A stretch of 64,000 bases of DNA from a virus (IMGVR_UViG_3300035208_002255:64001-128000); one strand, 5' to 3'. Shown: positions 37,659 through 46,837, counted from the stretch's first letter. Notes: generated by a model from the sequence alone, not told the origin. Made by a program: numbers and translations.

Positions 37659-38468
37659 TCATGATTTCATTACCAATCCTTCTAACTCCACATATAATGG
37701 ATGATCATGCTTTCCTACTAATTCCAAAAACCACCCCATCCAATACTCCAGAGTCTCCACTTTCTGCTTTTCCCTAAATTCCTCTCCTACATACTCTATC
37801 CGACAATGCCTCATATTATCCAATCTATCACATAACTTGATCCATGGCGCTATCCCATGTCTCTTCAATCCCCTCTGATATTCCTCTGTACTCATCCCCT
37901 TCCTCTTCGTCATCGCTATCACTCCTAATACTACCTCCCTCCCAAACATCATCTCCAATATCTCTGCACTTATATCCTTCGTATCTTCTAATACATCATG
38001 TAATAATGCTATCTGTACTCCCTCAGGACAAAATATCCCATCCATCTCCGGCGTATCCATCAAGATCAATGCCACCCGCCGTACATGCTCAAAATATCTT
38101 ACCTTACGACCATCCTCCCATAGCTCCTTCCTCTCTTGCCACCTGTGCCCGTATTTGGCTAACATGTAAGCCAATTTGGTTTTTAATATTTCACTCGGCG
38201 CAAACCTCCCCTCTAATCTCCTAAAAAATGTCTCCTTATTCTCCTTCACATACCCAGAATCTCCCTCTGTATAAACTTTCCCCAAAAACCCGCTTGGATT
38301 GGAATTGACTCGTTCACGAAGCTCTGGACGATCATCTGCTTCGCGTCTAGCATCCTTCAATCCTTCTTTGAGCCACCCTTTTGATATCAAAACTTCATTC
38401 CCATTATCTACATCATATCCTATTGGTAATATCTGCTGATGTTGATGCTCATCTCTGTTATTTGTCAT
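37659..38468 (-). CDS. HD-domain protein, SpoT/Mesh1 hydrolase-like
   Basis: GHRWQ..R, YFEHVRRVA, ALLHDVLEDT, AMTK, IKLCDRLDNMR. Confidence 0.8.
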   Translation of the reverse strand: MTNNRDEHQHQQILPIGYDVDNGNEVLISKGWLKEGLKDARREADDRPELRERVNSNPSGFLGKVYTEGDSGYVKENKETFFRRLEGRFAPSEILKTKLAYMLAKYGHRWQERKELWEDGRKVRYFEHVRRVALILMDTPEMDGIFCPEGVQIALLHDVLEDTKDISAEILEMMFGREVVLGVIAMTKRKGMSTEEYQRGLKRHGIAPWIKLCDRLDNMRHCRIEYVGEEFREKQKVETLEYWMGWFLELVGKHDHPLYVELEGLVMKS

Positions 38469-39131
38469 ATCCCTATCCTTCCCCCAACCCTACCACATCC
38501 CCTCCTCCCTTTCAACCCAATTCTTCTGGTAACTCAACCAACCAAACACACACCTACCTACACCTTTACTATTTGTTAAACAATAAATAAACCCTAAAAG
38601 TTACCCCAGATCTTATATGATCTAATTAGATCCTTTTACGCGTGCGCACACCCGCGCGTAGCAATCTCTGTGCCATCCTGTACATCGTATTCTCTTATGT
38701 TACATTCCTAACTTATTGTTTTTATTCATATTTTACTCCAATAATACTATTTCCTGAAAATTACTCATAACGTAGTTATAGTTTTAAAATAAGTATTGCT
38801 ATATATGGTACATAATATATTACAATGGATTATTTGTAAAAAAGCATAGAACTTGTACCAATTTGGGAGAATAAGTAATCAAAACTTAGACAATTCGGAA
38901 AAACTCAATGACAAGAACAACTTTCGTCGAAATACAAAAAAAGAACTCTTTGGTAAAAAAAAAAAGAAGAGACCTAGCCTATCATCTTCATCATCTTAAG
39001 AGAGTGCATAGAAAACGTATTCATAAGATAAAAACGTAGTAAGAGAGAAAGAAGAAGAAGTAGTACAGGTAACAACGTAGTAAGAGAAATAGGTATAGAA
39101 CTTACCAAAGAGAGAGATAGTATTGGTCATA

Positions 39132-39252
39132 TAGAAAATCTGCCATGTATAAGAATAGAAATCTTCCATATAGAAAATCTACCATAACTACTACGAATAT
39201 TTGCCAGTATGAATATCTACTACGAATATTTGCCATAATAGAAATCTGCCAT
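39132..39252. repeat. Cluster of short direct repeats (iteron-like)
   Basis: TAGAA(A)ATCT(G/T/A)CCAT at 39132, 39156, 39171, 39239; CTACTACGAATATTTGCCA at 39188 and 39217. Confidence 0.8.
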
Positions 39253-39325
39253 AACCCTACTTTAGGGAGGCCCAGGCCGGCCAGCTGGTCAACTCGCCTA
39301 ATACCCCCGACCGGCCCATCAGACA

Positions 39326-39472
39326 ATGCTTCCGAGGCAGAACAAGGTTTGAGCCAAGCGATTGGGGATTCAACAAAACATGACACAATGTGTTACGATG
39401 TTGAATAAAACAATCCAGATATAAAGCTCCCTCGGAAAAAGGCTCCGGCTTCCCAGCCAATGCTTCCGAGGC
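39326..39472 (+). promoter_or_regulatory. ATGCTTCCGAGGC motif (copies at 39326, 39460; also 41192, 52022)
   Basis: Identical 13-mer four times; three copies lie 14-28 nt upstream of an ATG. Confidence 0.6.
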
Positions 39473-39500
39473 AAAACGGGAAGCGAAAGGTTAGCGAGCC

Positions 39501-40448
39501 ATGATTACTATCACCATCAAGTCTGTTGCCGGCGGATTCGTTGCTTTAGTCAATACCACGAAAGGTACTATCGAAGGCAAAGCTTGTACTTCGCCGAAGT
39601 TCGCTATCAAGTCACTTCGCGCCGTTACCAAGGCAATGGGCCGAGAACTACCGAAGGATGGCCTGAATATCATCGGTCCGGCCATCAAGTCCGAAGGTCC
39701 GGCCATCGAGTTCATCGAGCCTACTACCACTCCGGCCATTGAATCGGAGGAAGAAGCTCCGGACACCGAGCGTGAGCCCGAATTGCATCGAGCACTTCGG
39801 CCAGTCGAAGGCCGAATCAGCCCGGTTGACCAACCCGAACGTTGGGTCGCAATTTACAACGGCGTCAAGGCTCGGTACGGTACGGCGGACGCGGAACTTG
39901 TTCTGACGGCCATGAAGGGAATGAATTGCGCATCCCCCTTCGAGCGTGATTCGGAAGGCCGTCCGTTCCACATGTACGCGGATAACTCACAAGTCCGTGC
40001 TCCTCGGCCGGGTGAAGGTGAACGCCGTCAACTTCGGAACCCTAACGGGTACAATCGGGACTTTCAAGGGCGCACGCCCGTTGAACCTGGCAGTCTGGCC
40101 CGCGAGACAGATCCCTTCCATCCAGCCAACAAGCCGGAGCGTACTCGCCGAATGAGCCGCGCCGACCGCATGGCCCAAGGCAAAGCTGCGAATGCTGAAC
40201 TTCGGGCCAGCGACCCGGCCGGATTCGAAGCCAAGCAACTGGCTAGCCGTCTTGCAAGTCAAGCAAGCAAGGCCCAAGGTGGGGATACGGTTGCCTACAA
40301 GACCGCATTCGTTGCTGTCTGCACCTACCTCGGTGCCGGTCGTCTGGATAAGTGCGCCAAGTTCGCATCGGACCTTGGCCTGAGTGAAGTTCCGGCCGCG
40401 TGGATGGATTGGGCCGCTAAGTCCGTCGCAGCTGCCAAAGCTGCCTAA
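39501..40448 (+). CDS. hypothetical protein (GC-rich, Ala-rich)
   Basis: 315-aa ORF, first gene of the plus arm, followed by a terminator. Confidence 0.75.
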   Translation: MITITIKSVAGGFVALVNTTKGTIEGKACTSPKFAIKSLRAVTKAMGRELPKDGLNIIGPAIKSEGPAIEFIEPTTTPAIESEEEAPDTEREPELHRALRPVEGRISPVDQPERWVAIYNGVKARYGTADAELVLTAMKGMNCASPFERDSEGRPFHMYADNSQVRAPRPGEGERRQLRNPNGYNRDFQGRTPVEPGSLARETDPFHPANKPERTRRMSRADRMAQGKAANAELRASDPAGFEAKQLASRLASQASKAQGGDTVAYKTAFVAVCTYLGAGRLDKCAKFASDLGLSEVPAAWMDWAAKSVAAAKAA

Positions 40449-40470
40449 GTCCGAACGAACATCCGACCTG

Positions 40471-40500
40471 AGCCCGGCACCGAAAGGTGACCGGGCTTTT
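40471..40500 (+). terminator. Rho-independent terminator
   Basis: AGCCCGGCACC-GAAA-GGTGACCGGGCT-TTT. Confidence 0.75.
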
Positions 40501-40608
40501 GGTCGTTGCAAGGTGCATAAGGGGCAAGTCAATCCCTGCACGAGGTGACGAACACCTACAAGTTCGATAGTGGGCCTGGACAATTGCCGTATAAAACTAT
40601 CCACACCT

Positions 40609-40640
40609 AAGCCTGCAACCTACAATGGTTGTGGGCTTTT
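40609..40640 (+). terminator. Rho-independent terminator (near-identical to 43882-43913)
   Basis: AAGCCTGCAACC-TACAAT-GGTTGTGGGCTTTT. Confidence 0.7.
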
Positions 40641-40723
40641 GATGTTTGACTGCAAGAGTAACGGACCTAAGGAGGTTTTATGAGGCCATATAAGTTGGTG
40701 TGGTAGCACTAACTAAGTACGCC

Positions 40724-40807
40724 TACAATTATAATTGTACCTACAAAGGCAACCTACAATACAGTTATTGTAGGTTGAATTGTATGTAACAATTGTTACA
40801 TACAATT
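40724..40807. repeat. Three adjacent palindromes built from TACAAT/ATTGTA
   Basis: 16-bp perfect palindrome 40724-40739; 11-bp inverted repeat 40750-40777; 30-bp perfect palindrome 40778-40807. Confidence 0.9.
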
Positions 40808-40889
40808 GGTAAGAAGATGGGGAAGCGCTGTATAGGTGGGCTGTGGATCCGAAACGAAAGGAAATGTTTCGTTTTTTCGCGTACAGTCC

Positions 40890-41176
40890 CCAGGTACCTG
40901 GCGCGCTGATACCACCCCTAATACCCCCAATCAGGGTCCACCTACATATACCACCATGTAGGCAACCAGCAATTGACTCGAAGCTGTACGTTGATGCGTA
41001 CGGGCGAGGGATTCGTAATCCTGACGAGCCGCCATGGCTTTTCTAACCATGCCCCGATAAAGTCAGGGGGAAATAAAACTGGCTTGGTTATCCCTGTACG
41101 AAAAGACGAGTACCTGTTTTCTCCAAATGAATCCCAGGTACCTGGCTTGCGCACATGGGTCCTAATACCCCCAATC
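40890..41176 (+). repeat. Bipartite motif CCAGGTACCTGG-15 nt-CCTAATACCCCCAATC (x2; variant at 55833)
   Basis: Copies at 40890 and 41134 with identical spacing. Confidence 0.8.
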
Positions 41177-41225
41177 CCGGTCCTCGGGCCGATGCTTCCG
41201 AGGCGAATAAGAAAGCGAACCAACA

Positions 41226-41432
41226 ATGTCAAAGTTCACGTACAATGAAAACCTCAAACTCAAACTCGTGCCTGTGCAGGAGCGCAAGCAATACTGCCGG
41301 CATTGTGGTGAGGAAATTTCGTTGAGCATAGCAAGCATACACTTGCTAGAGTGCCGACCCGAAGTACACGATGCAATTGAACGAGAGTTCGACCGCAAAG
41401 AGGCCAGAGCGCTTGCGATTGCAGCGAACTAA
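41226..41432 (+). CDS. small zinc-finger-like protein
   Basis: CRHC...HLLEC; followed by a terminator. Confidence 0.65.
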   Translation: MSKFTYNENLKLKLVPVQERKQYCRHCGEEISLSIASIHLLECRPEVHDAIEREFDRKEARALAIAAN

Positions 41433-41445
41433 GTCCTAGCCCTTG

Positions 41446-41474
41446 AGCCCGTACCCTTGATTGGGTCGGGCTTT
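41446..41474 (+). terminator. Rho-independent terminator
   Basis: AGCCCGTACCC...GGGTCGGGCTTTT. Confidence 0.65.
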
Positions 41475-41527
41475 TGGCATTTGTAAACCAAAATTCTTTG
41501 GTAATAAGCAAACGAGAGTCCACGACA

Positions 41528-42001
41528 ATGATAAACAACAAAGCGTTCGCCATTTTCACGTTTTTCGCAGGTATTCTATGTTTCGTATTCTGCGTTGCAA
41601 CAGCAAACGGATGGAAGCCATCACTTCCAACGGCACAGGCTGCGGTCGAATCCGTGGCAGTCATTCCACAGGACATGCCGCAAAGCATTGATGTGGACGG
41701 CGAGATTGCTCCTCAGAAGATTATTCTGCCTGAGGTTATAATTGTTGCAACTCGGACGCCGAAAGTCAATCCCGGTACTGCTCGTCGTCGTCAATCTCAG
41801 GTTCAGCCTGAGGAGTCCAAGCCACTGGAATCACCTATGGGATTGGCGTCCGATGCCGCATTGAACTATCAACCCATGGCAGCTGGGTATGCAGGTCACG
41901 GTGTTCGAGGTCCGGCGATGCGTCAACCCGGTGCAGCGTTCTCACAACCCATTCGTTCAATGCACCGAGAACGTGAGACGATGGAGTTCGAGGCCAAGTA
42001 A
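41528..42001 (+). CDS. hypothetical protein with N-terminal TM/signal
   Basis: Likely start MINNKAF. Confidence 0.6.
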   Translation: MINNKAFAIFTFFAGILCFVFCVATANGWKPSLPTAQAAVESVAVIPQDMPQSIDVDGEIAPQKIILPEVIIVATRTPKVNPGTARRRQSQVQPEESKPLESPMGLASDAALNYQPMAAGYAGHGVRGPAMRQPGAAFSQPIRSMHRERETMEFEAK

Positions 42002-42074
42002 CTCGCTCTAACAACTTCGGAGCTTAGTATAATGCTAGGCTCCACCTTCCAACTTCCGAACAGAAAGCACAGCA

Positions 42075-42434
42075 ATGAACTTCAACGAAATTCTCGCTAA
42101 GAAGCAAGCCCGTCTTTCCAAGCACAGTGGTCGCAAACTTCGCCGCAAGATCAAGGCGTACCAGAAAGCGGTTCAGCGTCACGCAGGTGGTGATACGTTG
42201 GCACCTCCCAAGGCAGAGGTCACCAACTCCAAAGGTGAAGTGATTCCAACTTCACAAGGGTTGGGCGAACTGGTGAAGGCCAAGGTTCAAGGCAAGCGAA
42301 ACTGGATCGTCACGGTTCCTGGCAAGTCCACGTTCACGGTTCAATCCACCAACGAGAAGGATGCACGAGCCGAGGCACGCAAGGTGCTGGGTGCGCGTGC
42401 TCTTCCGAATGGTACCACCGTCGAACACTTCTAA
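42075..42434 (+). CDS. hypothetical basic protein
   Basis: 119-aa ORF. Confidence 0.7.
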   Translation: MNFNEILAKKQARLSKHSGRKLRRKIKAYQKAVQRHAGGDTLAPPKAEVTNSKGEVIPTSQGLGELVKAKVQGKRNWIVTVPGKSTFTVQSTNEKDARAEARKVLGARALPNGTTVEHF

Positions 42435-42477
42435 CCACTAACCTACCAACAACCAACTCAAGTTCAGCGAGGTTTAT

Positions 42478-42741
42478 ATGGCACAGTTTCTTGGCGGTCT
42501 GATTATGGCCGCAATCGCATTCGTCTTCGGTCTGTACCAACTTTCGGTATTCAACCACCTAATCTCCTCGGGATGTTTCATCCTAGGGTTGGTGGTATTC
42601 CTGAGTACGGACTCCTTCATGGGTGGTGTGTTTGCAACCATCCTGGGGATTGTCCTTCTGGGAATGGGAATTGTATCGGTCAAGCTCATCGCCATCGTTG
42701 CTGCCGTATGGATTCTTGTCAAGTGGGGATTCGGCAAGTGA
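42478..42741 (+). CDS. membrane protein
   Basis: Highly hydrophobic 87 aa; RBS GAGGT. Confidence 0.7.
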   Translation: MAQFLGGLIMAAIAFVFGLYQLSVFNHLISSGCFILGLVVFLSTDSFMGGVFATILGIVLLGMGIVSVKLIAIVAAVWILVKWGFGK

Positions 42742-43031
42742 CAGAGAAACTCCGACCGATTTCAGCAATTGCAGCAGACATCAAGCGTACTTGGAAGAAG
42801 ATGTACTTCGGTGCAGTTCCGTACGTAGATGCAATGCTGACACTTTCCGTCCGTGGAGACCATTATGGATTGGACTCCTCGGATGACATTCTCCTTCGGT
42901 TCTTCTCGAATGCATCGCAGTTCCGAGGGGATGAAGCGAAGGCACTTAAGTACGAACTCGCACATCACCTTCCAGAGAATTACCACAAAGAATTCTTTGG
43001 TAAATACAAACCAAGTATGTCAAAGTCCTGA
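42738..43031 (+). CDS. hypothetical phage protein
   Basis: GTG start overlapping the previous TGA; RPISAIAADIKRTW...FGAVPYVDAM. Confidence 0.7.
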   Translation: MTEKLRPISAIAADIKRTWKKMYFGAVPYVDAMLTLSVRGDHYGLDSSDDILLRFFSNASQFRGDEAKALKYELAHHLPENYHKEFFGKYKPSMSKS

Positions 43032-43088
43032 ACACTCAACAACCCTAACGTTTCAAACATCAACCCGCAACGTAGAAAGCAAAACAAC

Positions 43089-43538
43089 ATGACTAAGATT
43101 CCCGCTCCTCCTCCCGTCACCACAACTGCAAAGAAGGCCAAGAAGGCTGCTGCAATTCCTCCCTCAGTCGAGAACTCCACGGTGAGTGCTCCCACGGCGG
43201 ATATGGTTACGATGACTCGTGCCGAGTTCGAGGCCAGAATGCAGTTCATTGCCGAAGCTGCCGCGGCAAAGGCTGTTGCCAATGCAGATCCGAAGGCTGT
43301 GAAGGAAGCTAAGAAGGCTCAAGCCAAGTTGGATCGCAAAGCTCAAAACAAGATTCGCAGTGATGAAGCTCTTCAACGGTGCATGGGTGCCGGTGCTGAT
43401 GAAGCAACTGTGAAGGCTGTGTTCCGAGAAGCATACAATGCAGCTCGTGGATTGAGCGGCGAAGAGTTCAAGGCCAAGTACAACGCGGTGTGCATCGCCA
43501 AGCTGGGCGTGCCCCGATACGTTGCTAAGGCTGCTTAG
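43089..43538 (+). CDS. hypothetical Ala/Lys-rich protein
   Basis: 149-aa ORF. Confidence 0.75.
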   Translation: MTKIPAPPPVTTTAKKAKKAAAIPPSVENSTVSAPTADMVTMTRAEFEARMQFIAEAAAAKAVANADPKAVKEAKKAQAKLDRKAQNKIRSDEALQRCMGAGADEATVKAVFREAYNAARGLSGEEFKAKYNAVCIAKLGVPRYVAKAA

Positions 43539-43818
43539 CTCAGCCTCGGCTGCCTAACTGGTTCAACCAATGTGTTCAAGTACTAGGTGAAATTTATATG
43601 CTAGTAATCTAGTACTTGAATACAGGGAAGCGACCTATGCAGAAGTGTAGGTCCAAGGTAACATTGCCCCGATACGTTGCTAAGGCTGCTTAGCTCAGCC
43701 TCGGCTGCCTAACTGGTTCAACCAATGTGTTCAAGTACTAGGTGAAATTTATATGCTAGTAATCTAGTACTTGAATATAGGGAGCGACCTATGCAGAAGT
43801 GTAGGTCCAAGGTAACAT
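43511..43818. repeat. Tandem duplication of about 154 bp
   Basis: 43511-43664 and 43666-43818 differ by one substitution and one 1-nt indel. Confidence 0.95.
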
Positions 43819-43881
43819 CAACCTGATGAAGTATAAACGGCGTGTAGTATATTACATAGCCGTAATCCTGTAAGGGAACCT

Positions 43882-43913
43882 AAGCCTGCAATCCGAAAGG
43901 GTTGTGGGCTTTT
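43882..43913 (+). terminator. Rho-independent terminator
   Basis: AAGCCTGCAATCC-GAAA-GGGTTGTGGGCTTTT. Confidence 0.7.
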
Positions 43914-44286
43914 GGTATTTGTGAGGGCTCTTTGTTATTTATTTGATAGTCCTCTATTTGCCTGGGTAGGCTGGACACTTTGATGGGGAACTATGCGGGA
44001 GTTTTCGTGAGTTTTGAGATCCTCACGCTCCCTATGTTTTGATGCCCCGAGTTTGATGGAGCCAGATACCCAGGATTCTTTTACCAAAAGAACTTGATTG
44101 ATAAATAAAGAAGGCTATGACACGCTTGGGAGGGTGAACGAAAGTTCGGAACTCTCACCATAAGACCTTGTAGACAGGGTTCAAAGGACGGGAATCCTTT
44201 GACGTAAGCCGGTAGCACCACCATGGTCTTCTTTATCTATCAATTACAAAATCCAGGATTCTTTTACCAAAAGAAAGCGAGTAAAA

Positions 44287-44868
44287 ATGAAGGGTCGATG
44301 GCGTGACAATCTCAACAAATTCCGCCGAGACAACAATGTCCATTTACGAGGGATAGGTGGACGATGCACTGACCGTGAGGGAACTGGCTTTGATAGCTTG
44401 AACATTTGTGGTCCAGGTGATAGGAAGTATTGGGGTCGCAACGTTCACAAGGGAGAACGTCGAGCCATCAAGGAAGAACTTCAGAATCCTCAAACTCTTG
44501 CAGATGCGTACTGGGAATTGTATACCCTTGGTTGGGAAGATTCCTGGTTCGAGCCTGAGACTGAAGAGGACTTAGAAAAGCTTGGACTAAACAAGTACAA
44601 TGGAAAGATCAATATTGATCTTGCATTCGAGAACTTCAGCCTGTACGATTTGATGGACTTGAATGGCTCAGGGCCATTCAAGTCTGAAGAAGCTGAGGAT
44701 GACCTTGAGGATCCGTTCGATGACTTGGATCATTTCGATCCGAGGCATGACATTCGTACGGTAGGTTACTATGACTACCTGGATGAGGCAATGGCTCGCA
44801 GAGATGCGGCAGACCTTGCTGAGACGAACTTCCCGAGTTCAGATGTAGCAGATGTCGTCAATCTGTAA
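44287..44868 (+). CDS. hypothetical protein (basic N-terminus, acidic C-terminus)
   Basis: 193-aa ORF. Confidence 0.65.
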   Translation: MKGRWRDNLNKFRRDNNVHLRGIGGRCTDREGTGFDSLNICGPGDRKYWGRNVHKGERRAIKEELQNPQTLADAYWELYTLGWEDSWFEPETEEDLEKLGLNKYNGKINIDLAFENFSLYDLMDLNGSGPFKSEEAEDDLEDPFDDLDHFDPRHDIRTVGYYDYLDEAMARRDAADLAETNFPSSDVADVVNL

Positions 44869-44931
44869 CTTAAAACTCCAAACTAACTTAGCTTACAAAC
44901 CTGTACGAGTTACCAAGGAAAGAGGAATCCA

Positions 44932-45444
44932 ATGAACAAGCGCATCAATACTGTCAACGTTCGCAACAATCTCCCGATGTCCGAGGTGATTCGTCGCAAG
45001 TCCCGGATGATTGGTTCAGATGACTTGAGCACGGCGGCGAACGTGTGCAAGTGGGCAGAGAACGAAGGCATTCGTGGGCCAATGCTTCAGATGGCGGCGG
45101 CATCCCTTGCCAAGGCATTCGAGGATACATTGCTTCTAAGTGCTCAGAGTAAGCATTACGAAGCTGCCAAGAAGGCGAAGTCCACGGAGTACGTTCTGAA
45201 ACACAATTCTCGGCTTGCACGGCTGAGTATTCCTTGCCGAGATGGCAAGCGCCGAACGCTGGACAAGGTGGTTGGGTGGTTTGCAGACCGTCACTTCCGC
45301 ATTGCTCAGGACATTGAGGAAGCCCAGGCGAGTGAAGCCAAGATTGCAGCTCAGGTAGCTGAAATTCAGGCTGTAGCTGATGCGGCGCAAAAGAATGCGG
45401 ACAGGGTTTCGACGAAGCTTCAAGCGGCCAAGAAGGTTGCGTAA
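44932..45444 (+). CDS. hypothetical protein
   Basis: 170 aa; RBS GAGGA. Confidence 0.75.
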   Translation: MNKRINTVNVRNNLPMSEVIRRKSRMIGSDDLSTAANVCKWAENEGIRGPMLQMAAASLAKAFEDTLLLSAQSKHYEAAKKAKSTEYVLKHNSRLARLSIPCRDGKRRTLDKVVGWFADRHFRIAQDIEEAQASEAKIAAQVAEIQAVADAAQKNADRVSTKLQAAKKVA

Positions 45445-45641
45445 TGGAGTCCAGTCGTGGGGAAGCATTGGAGAATGCGTTTGACGCATTCTTCGATGCT
45501 ATGGGGAAAACAAACTACGAGGCAATTCACAATCCTAGAGAGAAGTGCCTTGTAGTTTTTGATGGATCTACCGAGGTTGGACGGGCATACAGTTCTGTCC
45601 AGGCTGGTATACTTCTGGCAAAGATTGTCAAGGGAGAGTAA
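45444..45641 (+). CDS. hypothetical protein
   Basis: 65 aa, stop/start coupled. Confidence 0.6.
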   Translation: MESSRGEALENAFDAFFDAMGKTNYEAIHNPREKCLVVFDGSTEVGRAYSSVQAGILLAKIVKGE

Positions 45642-45966
45642 GTGAAAACTCTTAGAGAGCAAATGATTCAAGAGACGGAAGCGTTTCTTGAGTTAGAACT
45701 CAATCGGGATACTGTACCGGCACCACCACCTGAAGAAGAAGAAGAGGCTTTGTTCTTTTCGTTTGCAGCGATAGAGCAAGCTTCTTAGAAAGTATCACCG
45801 TGCCAGACATTCCGTTTCAACTTCAGTTCTGGATTCTTCTGTTTGCAGTCTGCTTCTTTATTATAGTCAATGTACAATTGACTAAGCGGATTGGAAAGAG
45901 GGATCCTGAATTGAAGATCGGTCGTGTATTTATAAGAATCCGAGCACCGCCCTATTGACAGGGGAG

Positions 45967-46056
45967 AGTGCGGGAGTTCCGTGAGGCTCTTAGCCGAGCC
46001 AAGTGCGGGAGTTCAGGGATGAAAATCCTCCCGCACTCCCTGTTCTGCACTCCCTG
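45967..46056. repeat. REP-like palindromic element AGTGCGGGAG...CTCCCGCACT (also 52221-52261, 55882-55935; degenerate 43993-44033)
   Basis: 10-bp stem conserved in three intergenic copies. Confidence 0.85.
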
Positions 46057-46364
46057 TGCCGAACCCCATCCAAAAGGCCTAACCATTTATAGATGAAACT
46101 GAACATCTAACAATGATAAACATTAGAGCACCCCCTGTTTTGACAAAGGATTGCCTACTCCTTCAAGCTAGGCCTCACTATATTGATGAAACTTAACCTC
46201 TAACAATGAGAATAAAATGATACGCGCCCCGCCCTAGCCTGTAACTCAGGCACTATACAATGGCTCAATGCGTTGAGATGCATGCGAGCACGCTAATAAA
46301 ACTGTAGTACAAGACACTACGGTAATGACAACCTGCTCTACCTTTATTGGTAACAGAAAACGCC

Positions 46365-46397
46365 AAAGGCTGGTATCCCGGAAGGGACCGGCCTTTT
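46365..46397 (+). terminator. Rho-independent terminator
   Basis: AAAGGCTGGTATCCC-GGAA-GGGACCGGCCTTTT. Confidence 0.65.
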
Positions 46398-46417
46398 GGT
46401 GTTTGTAGGGATGAGAA

Positions 46418-46837
46418 ATGTGTATTGAAATAAACCGTACCATTGACGAGAGCACCCGCTTGACTCTAGTCAAGTGGGCGGATGAACATCCTGGCGAATG
46501 GTTAGCAATACATGATGATGACCTAGCTAGTGAGCTAGAGTCAGAAGTCAGAAGTTTGCTATGGACATTTCATCCTAACTTTCTGGCTATGAAAACCGGG
46601 TTACGTTCCTGTGTTTTCGGGCCATCTGATTTTCGTGGTTACATAGAAAACAGAATCGAACGCAACAACAAACGATTCAGGAGAATCATTGCAAAGTTTT
46701 GTCCTGGTGGTGTTGTTGATTTCGTTCGTGCAGCTGTAGCGGCTGAGGGTGCTGGAAAGTTTCTAGCACCGTATGACCACGAAGAATGCAAAGTCAAAGT
46801 CCAGAATACAACCTGGCATTTGTTCAGAACGAACTAA
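46418..46837 (+). CDS. hypothetical phage protein
   Basis: 139 aa; GAGKFLAPYDHEE. Confidence 0.65.
   Translation: MCIEINRTIDESTRLTLVKWADEHPGEWLAIHDDDLASELESEVRSLLWTFHPNFLAMKTGLRSCVFGPSDFRGYIENRIERNNKRFRRIIAKFCPGGVVDFVRAAVAAEGAGKFLAPYDHEECKVKVQNTTWHLFRTN

Noticed and set aside
39102-41688. Minus-strand ORFs such as 39987-40604 and 39648-39971, and the many antisense ORFs elsewhere in the track
   Set aside because: They shadow better-supported genes on the opposite strand and lack RBS or motifs.
39132-43818. CRISPR array
   Set aside because: Repeats are irregularly spaced or only duplicated once; there is no repeat-unique-spacer periodicity and no cas gene.
43823-43870. Second hammerhead at CTGATGA 43823 (also 16163)
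   Set aside because: No correctly placed GAAA or closing stems found.
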